Assembly: GCA_964640295.1 (NCBI GenBank)
Contig: CAZXFX010000005.1
Coordinates: 21,497-85,496, forward strand
Direction of reading: 5' to 3'
DNA length: 64,000 bases
From: an uncultured Dehalococcoidia bacterium
Lineage (GTDB): Bacteria > Chloroflexota > Dehalococcoidia > Lucifugimonadales > UBA1123
This document shows, one piece after another, positions 9,511 to 18,049 of the stretch (its first letter is position 1; the number at the start of each line of letters is the position of its first letter). The notes below the pieces were generated by a model. It made no database searches. It was not told the origin of the DNA and was given only the letters and a program-made list of their open reading frames with translations. The position numbers were made by a program, and so were the translations under genes.

Positions 9511-10439
9511 TCTCCGGTCTCAGGCAGGTTCTGCGCCTGTCGTATGCCATCGGCGAGCAGGTTTATGCCGACCACGAGCGACGCCATGGCGAAGCCGGGC
9601 GCGAGCGCGGCGGCCGGAACGATTCCGATGTGGCGGAAGTTCTCGCTGACCATCAGTCCCCAGTCAGGCGTGGGCGGCTGAACCCCCAGACCCAGGAAGC
9701 CGAGCGCCGCCGTAAGCAGCAGGGCGAAACTGAGGCGAATGGCGGCCTCCACTGCGACCACGGGAAGCACGTTCGGGAGTATCTCTCTGAACAGGATGTA
9801 GATGGTGGGTTCGCCTCTGAGACGCGCGCTCTGCACGAATTCGAGCGGCTTGATGGCGAGCGCCGCGCTGCGTATGACGCGGCTGTTGTTGGGCATGAAC
9901 GATATGCCGATGGTGAGTATTACGAGCCAGGATTCGTCTATGCCGCTGAATCTTTGCCTGCTCATGTTTATTATCAGTATGGCGAGCAGCAGCGAGGGTA
10001 TAGCCAGGAACCAGTCCACGAAACGCATGATTATCTGGTCAACCTTGCCTCCAAAGTAGCCGCTTGTAACGCCCACCATCGTCCCAAGCGACACGCCTAA
10101 GATAGTGCCGATAGTGGCTATCCACACAATCGAGCGCGACCCAGCCAGCACTCGGCTAAGCACGTCTCGCCCCTTGTCGTCCGTTCCGAGCAAATACCCG
10201 GAAGATAGAGACGGAGAACTGAATCGGTCCGGCAGGTGGTACTCGGTGGGCGGATACGGGGTTATCCAGGGCCCTATTACGGCTATTACGACGTGAACGA
10301 GGACTATGGCGAACGCGATCCTTCCAGTCCAGGTGCGGAGTATGAGGGAGAGCGCGCTCGACGCGGCGCGCGTGAGTCTTGACAGGGTAGTTGGCCGTCT
10401 GGCGCCTTCGGTCTGGATCGCGGGATTTGTGACAGCCAT
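9507..10439 (-). CDS. ABC peptide-type permease (DppC/OppC-like)
   Basis: The real start is MAVTNPAIQ... at ATG 10439. It overlaps the upstream permease stop by 1 nt (TGATG) and its own stop overlaps the ATPase start. The 557-aa version in the ORF track is an Arg-rich out-of-context extension overlapping the next gene. Confidence 0.88.
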   Translation of the reverse strand: MAVTNPAIQTEGARRPTTLSRLTRAASSALSLILRTWTGRIAFAIVLVHVVIAVIGPWITPYPPTEYHLPDRFSSPSLSSGYLLGTDDKGRDVLSRVLAGSRSIVWIATIGTILGVSLGTMVGVTSGYFGGKVDQIIMRFVDWFLAIPSLLLAILIINMSRQRFSGIDESWLVILTIGISFMPNNSRVIRSAALAIKPLEFVQSARLRGEPTIYILFREILPNVLPVVAVEAAIRLSFALLLTAALGFLGLGVQPPTPDWGLMVSENFRHIGIVPAAALAPGFAMASLVVGINLLADGIRQAQNLPETGE

Positions 10440-11380
10440 CAGGACAGCCTCACTCTGGGATTGAGAGCGCCGTAAGCAAGGTCGGCGGCAAGATTGCTGA
10501 AGGCGTAAACCGCGGCGATGATCATGGCGGTGGTCTGCAAGAGCCTTATGTCTCGCGCGTTGATCGCGGATATGAGCAGGCCGCCCATACCCGGATAGGC
10601 GAACAGGTTCTCGATGATTATGAGTCCGCCGAATAGCCAGCCCACGTTGTTGGCAATGACGGTAATAGTCGGCAGCAGCGCGTTTGGAAGGACGTGTCGC
10701 ACAACGACCGTTCGCATCGGCAAGCCCTTCAGTATTGCCGTGCGGACATAGTTGCTTCCCATTACGTCTATGACGTTGGCGCGCGCCATCCTGAATATGT
10801 ATGCGAACAGCGCGCCCGTGACTGTCAATATGGGCATTATGAGCACTTGCGGATTGCCGAGTATGGTCTCGCCGGGCATCATTATGCTGGACGAGGGCAG
10901 CCATCCGAGCGTGGTCGAGAGTACCAATACCAGCACCGCGCCGGTGACGAATTCTGGCAGGGAGATGGTCAACAGCCCTCCAAGCGTGAAGATTCGGTCC
11001 AGCGGCGTGTTTGAATTGGCGCCCACTATGACGCCCATTACAAGTCCCAGCGGAACAGCTATGAGAAATGCGCCGACGGCTAACAGAGCCGAATTGAACA
11101 GGCGTCCTCCGACGATGCCAGAGATAGGGGCCCCGTTCGCGGTTATGCCCAAGTCGCCTCGCGCCACGCCGCCAATCCATTCCAGATATCGGACGTGTGG
11201 CGGTTTGTCCAGTCCCAGTCGTTCGCGCAGCGCCTTGAGATTGTCCGGGGTGGCGCCTTGCCCCAGTATGATGGCGGCGGCGTCGCCCGGCACGAATTCG
11301 ACCAATGAGAATATGGCAATCGAGACCGCGAGCAGGGTCACTACTATGAGGGATAATCTGACTATGAGGAATCTTGCCAT
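10439..11380 (-). CDS. ABC peptide-type permease (DppB/OppB-like)
   Basis: 313 aa, multi-TM, beginning MARFLIVRLSLIVVTLLAVSIAIF, with a BPD-transport style core. Confidence 0.9.
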   Translation of the reverse strand: MARFLIVRLSLIVVTLLAVSIAIFSLVEFVPGDAAAIILGQGATPDNLKALRERLGLDKPPHVRYLEWIGGVARGDLGITANGAPISGIVGGRLFNSALLAVGAFLIAVPLGLVMGVIVGANSNTPLDRIFTLGGLLTISLPEFVTGAVLVLVLSTTLGWLPSSSIMMPGETILGNPQVLIMPILTVTGALFAYIFRMARANVIDVMGSNYVRTAILKGLPMRTVVVRHVLPNALLPTITVIANNVGWLFGGLIIIENLFAYPGMGGLLISAINARDIRLLQTTAMIIAAVYAFSNLAADLAYGALNPRVRLS

Positions 11381-11434
11381 ATTGTCTTAAGCGCTTTCGT
11401 CTCCAACGCCGAGTTTAGTCTGTCTGATACCGGA

Positions 11435-11476
11435 AAAAGAAGCGGCGAGAACGATTCATCCATCGCCGCTTCTTTT
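11435..11476 (-). terminator. Intercistronic hairpin/terminator between the binding-protein and permease genes
   Basis: 14-nt arms aaaagaagcggcga (11435-11448) / tcgccgcttctttt (11463-11476). On the minus strand the stem is followed by a T-run. Confidence 0.55.
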
Positions 11477-11488
11477 ACTTCGGAAGCC

Positions 11489-13240
11489 TTAGTTCTTGAC
11501 CCACATCTCTTCCATCAGGAAATGAGCGAGCGCGGAGTGCGCCTGAACGCCGCCGATATTCTCCCTGTGGGCGATTATGACCGGCGAGTAGGCCAGATAG
11601 AGAACGGGAACGTCCTCTATGAGGATCTCCTGCATTTCGCGGAAGTACTCTTTGCGTTCCTCGAAATCGGCTGAAGACGCGGCGAGGTCCAGCAACTCAT
11701 CCAGGCGTGGGTTGTTGTAGAACGATTCGTTCCAGACGGTTCCGCCTCTTAGCTGCACGTCAATAGCTGCGTTGGCGGGCCTGCCGCCCCAGTTGCTGGT
11801 CACGAACGGGCAGCACGGATCCATCCATTGCGCTTCCCAGTAAGGGCCTGCGTCGTGGGTCTCGACCTGCACGTTGATGCCGGCTTCGGCTACTGACTGC
11901 TGGAAGGCAAGCGCGGCTTCCTGCTGGAATCCGATGTCGGCCGTGTTCAGCACAATATCAATGCCGTCTGGGTATCCGGCGTCGGCGAGATACTGCTTGG
12001 CCTTGGCTATATCCTGCTCGATGATGGGCTGTTCGTCCCAGTAGTACTGGTCGTTGATGCCGACAGGGTGGTCGTTGGCGGGCGAGCCGCGCCCGAACTG
12101 AGCGGCTTGCACGATGAAGTCGCGGTCAACCGCGTATTGCATCGCCTTGCGCAGATTCTTGTCGGAGAATATCGGGTCGGGGAGTCCCTGGAACTTGGCC
12201 CAGTCATCTTCATTGCCCTGGAGGTGTGAATATGCGGTGTGCATATCTATTACCACAACGCCGGCGGAGGGAGTCTCTGCGATCCGAATGTCTGGATTGC
12301 CGGCGAGGGAACCCAGGAATGCGAGAGGCGGCGTGTAGGCCACATCTATCGCTCCTGTCTTGAGCGCCTCGATTCGCGTTAGCTGTTCAGGTATGTAGAA
12401 GAAGATGATCTGGTCCGAATAGGGTCTGCCCTCTCGCCAGTAGTCGGAATACTTGTGGAAGACTGTGCGCTCAGTGGGATTGTGTTCTCCAAGCGTGTAT
12501 GGGCCGGATCCGTGTTCTTCGTTGGTGAGAGCCTCGCCTTTGACGCCTTCGGGAACTATGCGCGCGTGATAGTCGGTCATGTCTCCGATTAAGAAGGCGT
12601 TAGGATTGCCCAGATTGAGGACGACAGTGTTGGCGTCCGGAGTGTCAATCGTGTCTATATACGAAATCTGGCCTTTGAGCGGCGAAGCGGAATCTTCGTC
12701 CCTGATGCGGTCCAGCGTGTACTTGACGTCCGCGGATGTAAGGGTATCGCCATTGTGGAATTTGATCCCCTCACGCACGTTAAAAGTGTACTGGGACAGG
12801 TCGTCAGTGGAAGACCATGACTCTACCGCCCACGGGGATACGTCCCCATTCCACCAGTACATCACGACGTTGTCGTAGGTAAGTTCGCCGTAGGGCGCCT
12901 GTCCTTGGGACAGTCCCGCCAGCATGGGGTCAAGGGTCCCCTGGTCTATTACGCCCAGTCTGATCGTTCCGCCGTAGGCGGGTTCGTCGCTTGGCATCGA
13001 AGGAACGGCGGTCACCATTACTTCAACTTCTTTTACAACTTCGACTTCTTTTTCGACCTCTTTGACTACCTCAACCTCTTTGACTACCTCTTTTTCGACT
13101 TCGACTTCTTTGACTACCTCGACCTCTTTAATTACCTCGACCACTTCGGGGTCTGAAGCGCAACCAATCGCCGCGACTGCAACCAATGACAGAATCGCGG
13201 CGATCAGGACAGACAATTTTATCTTCTCGCTAAATAGCAT
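11489..13240 (-). CDS. ABC substrate-binding lipoprotein, family 5 (peptide/nickel type) with repetitive linker
   Basis: Start chosen at ATG 13240 (MLFSEKIKLSVLIAAILSLVAVAAIGC, lipobox-like, GAGGAG RBS). The ORF-track start at 13333 adds 31 unlikely residues. The mature N-terminus is an EVVKEVEV repeat tract, followed by an SBP_bac_5-type body. Confidence 0.88.
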   Translation of the reverse strand: MLFSEKIKLSVLIAAILSLVAVAAIGCASDPEVVEVIKEVEVVKEVEVEKEVVKEVEVVKEVEKEVEVVKEVEVMVTAVPSMPSDEPAYGGTIRLGVIDQGTLDPMLAGLSQGQAPYGELTYDNVVMYWWNGDVSPWAVESWSSTDDLSQYTFNVREGIKFHNGDTLTSADVKYTLDRIRDEDSASPLKGQISYIDTIDTPDANTVVLNLGNPNAFLIGDMTDYHARIVPEGVKGEALTNEEHGSGPYTLGEHNPTERTVFHKYSDYWREGRPYSDQIIFFYIPEQLTRIEALKTGAIDVAYTPPLAFLGSLAGNPDIRIAETPSAGVVVIDMHTAYSHLQGNEDDWAKFQGLPDPIFSDKNLRKAMQYAVDRDFIVQAAQFGRGSPANDHPVGINDQYYWDEQPIIEQDIAKAKQYLADAGYPDGIDIVLNTADIGFQQEAALAFQQSVAEAGINVQVETHDAGPYWEAQWMDPCCPFVTSNWGGRPANAAIDVQLRGGTVWNESFYNNPRLDELLDLAASSADFEERKEYFREMQEILIEDVPVLYLAYSPVIIAHRENIGGVQAHSALAHFLMEEMWVKN

Positions 13241-13324
13241 ACCCACTCCTCTCGGATGTATAAATTGTTTTGATTGTTTTTTGAAAAAACGTTCAATAAG
13301 TAAGTGAACGCTCGCATTCAAGAT

Positions 13325-13352
13325 AATATACAAACTGATATGTCAAAGTCAA
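13325..13352 (-). promoter_or_regulatory. Candidate sigma70-type promoter of the peptide ABC operon
   Basis: On the minus strand: TTGACT (13352-13347), 16-nt spacer, TATATT (13330-13325), about 85 nt upstream of the ATG. A 15-nt palindrome gttttttgaaaaaac lies in the leader (13276-13290). Confidence 0.4.
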
Positions 13353-13373
13353 ATTTAGGCGCGCCAAGTCAAT

Positions 13374-13483
13374 CTGTAACGATTTAGTCGGCGCTCCATC
13401 TCGCGCAAAAGTCCCTTCCACCTTGATGGGGGAAGGCTTTTATGGGGGTGATCCAATCCTCCGACCAAACTGATACAGGCTCC
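13374..13483. mobile_element. 110-nt structured intergenic repeat, copy 1 (MITE-like)
   Basis: About 91% identical (hand alignment, ~10 differences) to 28295-28404. Imperfect terminal inverted repeats ctgtaacgatttagtcgg / ccgaccaaactgatacag. Internal hairpin ccttcc...ggaagg. Flanked by a copy-specific direct repeat cgcgcYaagtcaatctg (13360-13376 and 13483-13499). Confidence 0.7.
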
Positions 13484-13597
13484 GCGCTAAGTCAATCTGA
13501 CAGTATTCAATACGCGCGCCTCATATATTATGATTTATGGGGGTCTGATACGCGCCGATGATTAGCTGGATAGAAGCGAAGAGGAAGACGCCAATCC

Positions 13598-13641
13598 CAG
13601 AAAAGCCAGGAGGCGGACTCACGATGGAGTCCGCCTCCTGG
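13598..13641 (-). terminator. Rho-independent terminator of the betaine transporter operon
   Basis: Perfect 15-bp stem ccaggaggcggactc (13606-13620) / gagtccgcctcctgg (13627-13641) with a 6-nt loop. On the minus strand it is followed by cttttctggg. Confidence 0.7.
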
Positions 13642-13681
13642 GATTAAGGTATTCTAAGCGGAAATTACGCGCCGTTCGCCT

Positions 13682-14935
13682 CTAGCTTTCAGGCCAGCCG
13701 TCGGGGATTTCGCCAGCGGCGAGAGCGTCGTCTATCGCCGACTTGGCGTCGTCCGAGACCCACCCGCCCCAGAGGTCTGGGCTGTTGTTCAGCCACCAGA
13801 GAGCGGCGTCCTCGCTGGTCGCGCCTTCATTTTCGGAAAGCCACGCGGCGACGGACTTATATACGCCGATATTGAAGTCCCACGCTCTTAGCATTTGGAC
13901 GACGTCCGGGGCATCGGTCATGACCTCGGGATGCACCGCTATGAGTATAGTCGCGTCTTCGTAGGCGCATGCCTTGGTCGTGAACCAGCACTCATCGCTG
14001 TACGCCGGCTCATCCAGGCGAACCAGGTCCAGAACGAGAGCGGGGTCGTTGGTTCCCCACTGGTATCCGAGCCATGGCTCCTGGTTCTGATACGCCCCAT
14101 ACAGGTCTGCGTTGGCGGCGGCGCCGTCTCCTGGGTTGACCACGTGAACGTGTTCGGCCAGTCCGTAACCTTCAATCTGGGCGGCGTTCACGGTTTCGCA
14201 CGCCCAACCGATTACGCACGAGACCAGTCTCGCCTTCCCTCCGGTTTCCGCCGTCTCGAACAGCATCTTGTATTGATCGTCTTTCAGATCGTCTATGCTG
14301 TCCAGATCAGGATACTGTTCCTGCAGATAGGCGGGAATTACGAATGCGGACTGCCAGTCCTTTCCGAGGCTCTCGCCGACTGAGATCACTTCACCCATGG
14401 ACTGCGCTTCCGCCCACGCTTCGTCCTGGTTGGGCAGCCAGATTTCCATGGTTACGTGAGAGTCGCCGCGCCGCAGTCCTTGGAACAGGGGCAGAGTGGC
14501 GCCGAACACGACATCCGTCGGATAGCCGTAGCCCTCTTCGACGATGTACTGCGCGATGCGGTTCTGCACCTGCGCGCTCGTCCAGTTGAGGTCGCTGAAC
14601 ACGATGGTCTCTTTCGGCCCTTCCGGCGCCATTACTTCCACGACCTTCTCGATGACGACGGTCTCGCCGGGAACTTCCACTTCCTTGACGACCTGCTTCT
14701 CGACGATGACGGTTTCGCCGGGAACTTCCACTTCTTTAATGACTTCTTTTTCGACTACTACTTCTTTAACGATCTCGACAGGCTTTTCGACTTCCTGGAT
14801 CACCACCACTTCTTTTTCGATGATCTCCGGCTCCGAGGAGCAGGCGACGACGGCTGCCATCGCCAAAATTAGCGCCCCGAATAAGAGCATTGATTTCTTT
14901 GCGCTGAATCTCAGCATATTTCTATTTCCTTTCAT
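13682..14935 (-). CDS. proX: Glycine betaine/proline betaine-type ABC substrate-binding lipoprotein (OpuAC/ProX-like) with repetitive linker
   Basis: Signal peptide plus Cys (LILAMAAVVAC), then EKEVV/VPGETV repeats, then an OpuAC-like body (FSDLNWTSAQVQNRIAQYIVEEGYGYP). An alternative start at ATG 14917 has the better RBS (AAGGAA). Confidence 0.85.
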   Translation of the reverse strand: MKGNRNMLRFSAKKSMLLFGALILAMAAVVACSSEPEIIEKEVVVIQEVEKPVEIVKEVVVEKEVIKEVEVPGETVIVEKQVVKEVEVPGETVVIEKVVEVMAPEGPKETIVFSDLNWTSAQVQNRIAQYIVEEGYGYPTDVVFGATLPLFQGLRRGDSHVTMEIWLPNQDEAWAEAQSMGEVISVGESLGKDWQSAFVIPAYLQEQYPDLDSIDDLKDDQYKMLFETAETGGKARLVSCVIGWACETVNAAQIEGYGLAEHVHVVNPGDGAAANADLYGAYQNQEPWLGYQWGTNDPALVLDLVRLDEPAYSDECWFTTKACAYEDATILIAVHPEVMTDAPDVVQMLRAWDFNIGVYKSVAAWLSENEGATSEDAALWWLNNSPDLWGGWVSDDAKSAIDDALAAGEIPDGWPES

Positions 14936-15005
14936 CTAGCGTCTCTGATACTGCGTCTATTGTCCATTATTTAAGCTTCGATATTTTTATTGATCACGAT
15001 TGAGT

Positions 15006-16073
15006 TTAGCCTGCGCTTCTGAGCGATTCCTGGCGACCCCGCGCGACCGACTGAGTCAGCCGGTCTATGACTATGGCCAGAACGACTATGGCCAGGCCCG
15101 CTATCGCGCCGTTGCCCGGCTGGTTCTTTTGCAGGGCGCGCAGCACGTTGTCGCCGAGTCCGCCGGCCGCCACCATGCTGGCAATCGTCACCATCGCAAG
15201 CGCCATCATCGTGGTCTGGTTGATTCCCGCCATGATAGTCGGCATCGCCATGGGTATCTGCACCTTGGTGAGAAGCTGATATGGCGTCGTCCCGAACGAG
15301 CGAGCCGCTTCCACCGCTTCCGCCGAGACCTGCCTGATGCCCAGATTGGTCAGGCGTATGACGGGCGGAACGGCGTAGATTATGGTGGCGAATATCCCCG
15401 CCGGCTTGCCGAGTCCAAAGAACAGTATGCCCGGCAGAAGATATACGAAACTGGGCATAGTCTGCATGGCGTCCAGTATCGGGCGCATCAGATTGTCCAC
15501 TATGCGGCTTCGAGCTCCGATGACGCCCAGGGGAAGTCCCACCGCGACAGAAATCGCTACTGCCACCACCATGAGGGCTATCGTGTCTATCGTGTTTTCC
15601 CAGAGGTCCATGAACCCGACGTACAGAAGCGCGGCGACGGTGAACGCGAGCAACTGCCATCGTCCGACCGCGAACGCGAGTAGCGCGAGCGCGACGATTA
15701 CGGCGGGCCAAGGCAGCCATTTGAGAATGTTCTCTATCCAGACCAGCGCGTGAGTGACTGCGGCGCTGAGACCGTCGAACAGCCAACTGCCCTTGCGGGT
15801 AACCCAGTTGACGGCGTCGTCAATCGAATCGCCGGTTACTTCCCGCACCGTCCTGTCCAGCGTGACCACATTGCCGCTGGAAGTCTGGATTTCCGATGTG
15901 GACACGGTTGTGGGGAAGTCCATATTCGGACCCCACAGCGCCAGGCTTGCCGCCAGAACGACGATAAAGGCTCCCGCGCCCAGAAACCAGAAGTGGCGCG
16001 GCGAGATATTCAATCGCAATATGGCCTCTGCCGGAGATTCCGCCTTCTGCCGCGATTCTTCCAATCTGGCCAT
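15006..16073 (-). CDS. proW: Betaine-type ABC permease (ProW/OpuAB-like)
   Basis: 355 aa, multi-TM, with the typical EAARSFGTTPYQLLTKVQIPMAMPTIMAGINQ motif. Confidence 0.9.
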   Translation of the reverse strand: MARLEESRQKAESPAEAILRLNISPRHFWFLGAGAFIVVLAASLALWGPNMDFPTTVSTSEIQTSSGNVVTLDRTVREVTGDSIDDAVNWVTRKGSWLFDGLSAAVTHALVWIENILKWLPWPAVIVALALLAFAVGRWQLLAFTVAALLYVGFMDLWENTIDTIALMVVAVAISVAVGLPLGVIGARSRIVDNLMRPILDAMQTMPSFVYLLPGILFFGLGKPAGIFATIIYAVPPVIRLTNLGIRQVSAEAVEAARSFGTTPYQLLTKVQIPMAMPTIMAGINQTTMMALAMVTIASMVAAGGLGDNVLRALQKNQPGNGAIAGLAIVVLAIVIDRLTQSVARGRQESLRSAG

Positions 16074-16074
16074 G

Positions 16075-17118
16075 TCACGCCTCCTCGGATTCCGCGGATA
16101 TGCCTGCCAGGAGCGCGCCCCTCGCTACTTCGCCCTTCAGTTTGCCGTCGTCGTCCACAACCGCGATTGGCTGCTCTGATCGAGACGCCAGAGGGACTAT
16201 CTCTTCCAGGTAGGCGTCTATTCCAACGCTGGGGGTAGGCTGCGGGTTGGCGCCGATCATGTCCGGCTCTCCGTCGCTCGCCATCGCCGCGACCACTCTC
16301 CTGGACAGAGCGCCCATCAGCGCTCCTCCCTCATTGACCGCGAAAGCGCGCGCCACCTCCGCGTTCTCCATGGCGTCCAGCGCTTCGCGCGGGCTTTGAG
16401 AGAGGCGGATGGCGCAGACGACTTCGCGCATGATGGATTCGGCCCTGATTACCTTGGACCTGGAGACGTCCTTGACGAACTCGGACACGTATTCGTCCGC
16501 CGGGTTGGACACTATTTCCTGCGGCGAACCCTTCTGCGCTATTTCGCCGTCTCGCAGCACTACTACCGTATCGCCCAGCTTGAGGGCTTCGTCAAGATCG
16601 TGCGTTATGAACACTATCGTCTTGTGAAGTTCGGTTTGCAGGGTGATCAACTCGTCCTGCATTTCGCGCCGAATCAGCGGGTCCAGTCCGCTGAAGGGTT
16701 CGTCCATGAGAAGTACGGGGGAATCCACCGCGAGCGCGCGAGCGAGTCCGACGCGCTGCTGCATTCCGCCGCTCATCTCTTGGGGGAAATAGTCTTCCCA
16801 ACCGCTGAGACCGACAGTCTCGACGGCGATGGAAGCGCGCCTGTAACGTTCAGGTTTATCCATTCCGCGGATTTCCAGCCCGAACGCTACGTTGTCCATG
16901 ACTGTTCGGTGGGGCAGCAGGCCATAGTTCTGGAAGACCATGGACACCTTGTCGCGTCGAAACTCAGTAAGCCGCTCCTGGGTGTATTCCAGAATGTTTT
17001 CGCCATCGAATAAGATGCTGCCCTGGGTAGCTTCGATAAGCCGTGTCAGGCAGCGCACCAAAGTTGACTTTCCACTGCCGGAAAGTCCCATTATCACAAA
17101 GGTTTCGCCCGCTTCCAC
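16075..17118 (-). CDS. proV: Betaine-type ABC ATPase with C-terminal CBS domains (ProV/OpuAA-like); annotated start is probably too short
   Basis: GLSGSGKST, LSGGMQQR and LLMDEPFSGLD motifs plus a CBS-like tail. GTG 17118 is the first ATG/GTG/TTG in the frame. ProV-like sequence (IEVSGLWKVFGDKPERALEP...GLRDISFNV) continues upstream to about 17260 with no canonical start. Confidence 0.85.
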   Translation of the reverse strand: MEAGETFVIMGLSGSGKSTLVRCLTRLIEATQGSILFDGENILEYTQERLTEFRRDKVSMVFQNYGLLPHRTVMDNVAFGLEIRGMDKPERYRRASIAVETVGLSGWEDYFPQEMSGGMQQRVGLARALAVDSPVLLMDEPFSGLDPLIRREMQDELITLQTELHKTIVFITHDLDEALKLGDTVVVLRDGEIAQKGSPQEIVSNPADEYVSEFVKDVSRSKVIRAESIMREVVCAIRLSQSPREALDAMENAEVARAFAVNEGGALMGALSRRVVAAMASDGEPDMIGANPQPTPSVGIDAYLEEIVPLASRSEQPIAVVDDDGKLKGEVARGALLAGISAESEEA

Positions 17119-17291
17119 ATTGAAGGAGATGTCGCGAAGACCGACGACGAGTCCAAGCTCTTCCTGGATTTGCGACCGTGTATGGGAAGAGAACGCAGGT
17201 TCAAGCGCGCGTTCCGGCTTGTCGCCGAATACTTTCCACAGTCCTGAGACTTCTATCTGGCATTCGGGGGAATCGGGGATTTGTAAATCTC

Positions 17292-17897
17292 CTAGGTCGT
17301 CGGGACTCCGGAAACGCCGCTATTATACGTTTGCCACAATTTATGGCTGTCTCCTATCGGATATTCTGCGCTGCCGAAGTGATTGAGGGTATTGACCGCC
17401 TGTATGAGTCCATAGAATTGCAGAGCGGCCGCCCTGATGTCAACCCCAGACCTAACCTCGCCCTTCTGCACGCCAACGGTGAGTTGAGCCTCTATCATCG
17501 CCAGATGCTTATCTATCGAAGCCTGCATGAGGCGCCGCAATTCATCGTCGCCGTTCATCAGAACTTCGGCGATTACCAGGAAAGACACCCCCGTAAGAGT
17601 GGACGGGGCTACATTGTCATGCAGCACTTTTTCGAGTCTTCTAAGACCTGAATCGGGGTCGCCCTCTATCAGGTCAATGCGACGGGTGAGCCTGTAATCT
17701 ATATCCTCTATGACGCCTGCCAGTATCTGCCTCTTGCCGCGAAAGTGTCGGTAGATGGCGCCCTCGCTTACGCCCACGGCGCGCGCGAGGCTTCCAATCG
17801 TCAAAGACTGTATTCCATGCTCGGTAATCACAAGTCGAGCCGCGTCAATGATCTCGCGCTTCCTTACGTTGGTGGGGCGGCGCACCCTGTTTACCAT
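17292..17897 (-). CDS. TetR/AcrR family transcriptional regulator (BetI-like position upstream of the betaine importer)
   Basis: HTH region RKREIIDAARLVITEHGIQSLTIGSLARAVGVSEGAIYRHF. Start set at ATG 17897 (GGGGAG RBS) rather than TTG 17966. Confidence 0.85.
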   Translation of the reverse strand: MVNRVRRPTNVRKREIIDAARLVITEHGIQSLTIGSLARAVGVSEGAIYRHFRGKRQILAGVIEDIDYRLTRRIDLIEGDPDSGLRRLEKVLHDNVAPSTLTGVSFLVIAEVLMNGDDELRRLMQASIDKHLAMIEAQLTVGVQKGEVRSGVDIRAAALQFYGLIQAVNTLNHFGSAEYPIGDSHKLWQTYNSGVSGVPTT

Positions 17898-18049
17898 ATT
17901 CTCCCCATTATCGTCATAATTATTAAAATTTGGAGTCAAAAGCGAATATACGTCAAGTGATTGCAAAGGTCAATTGTGCGAAAATCCTCCGATGAGTGGT
18001 ATCATCAGAGAGACAATGCGACTTTTCAGATTGCAGAAAGGGGGCTACC

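Noticed and set aside
10440-11180. N-terminal 247-aa extension of the permease ORF (the 557-aa version 9507-11180)
   Set aside because: The extension is Arg/His-rich nonsense and lies entirely inside the well-supported DppB-like gene in another frame. The real start is ATG 10439, overlapping that gene's stop.
13015-13155. Short tandem DNA repeats (also at 14620-14845 and 53275-53560) considered as a possible CRISPR or VNTR array
   Set aside because: They are in-frame coding repeats of the lipoprotein linkers (EVVKEV, PGETVVVEK). There is no repeat-spacer structure.
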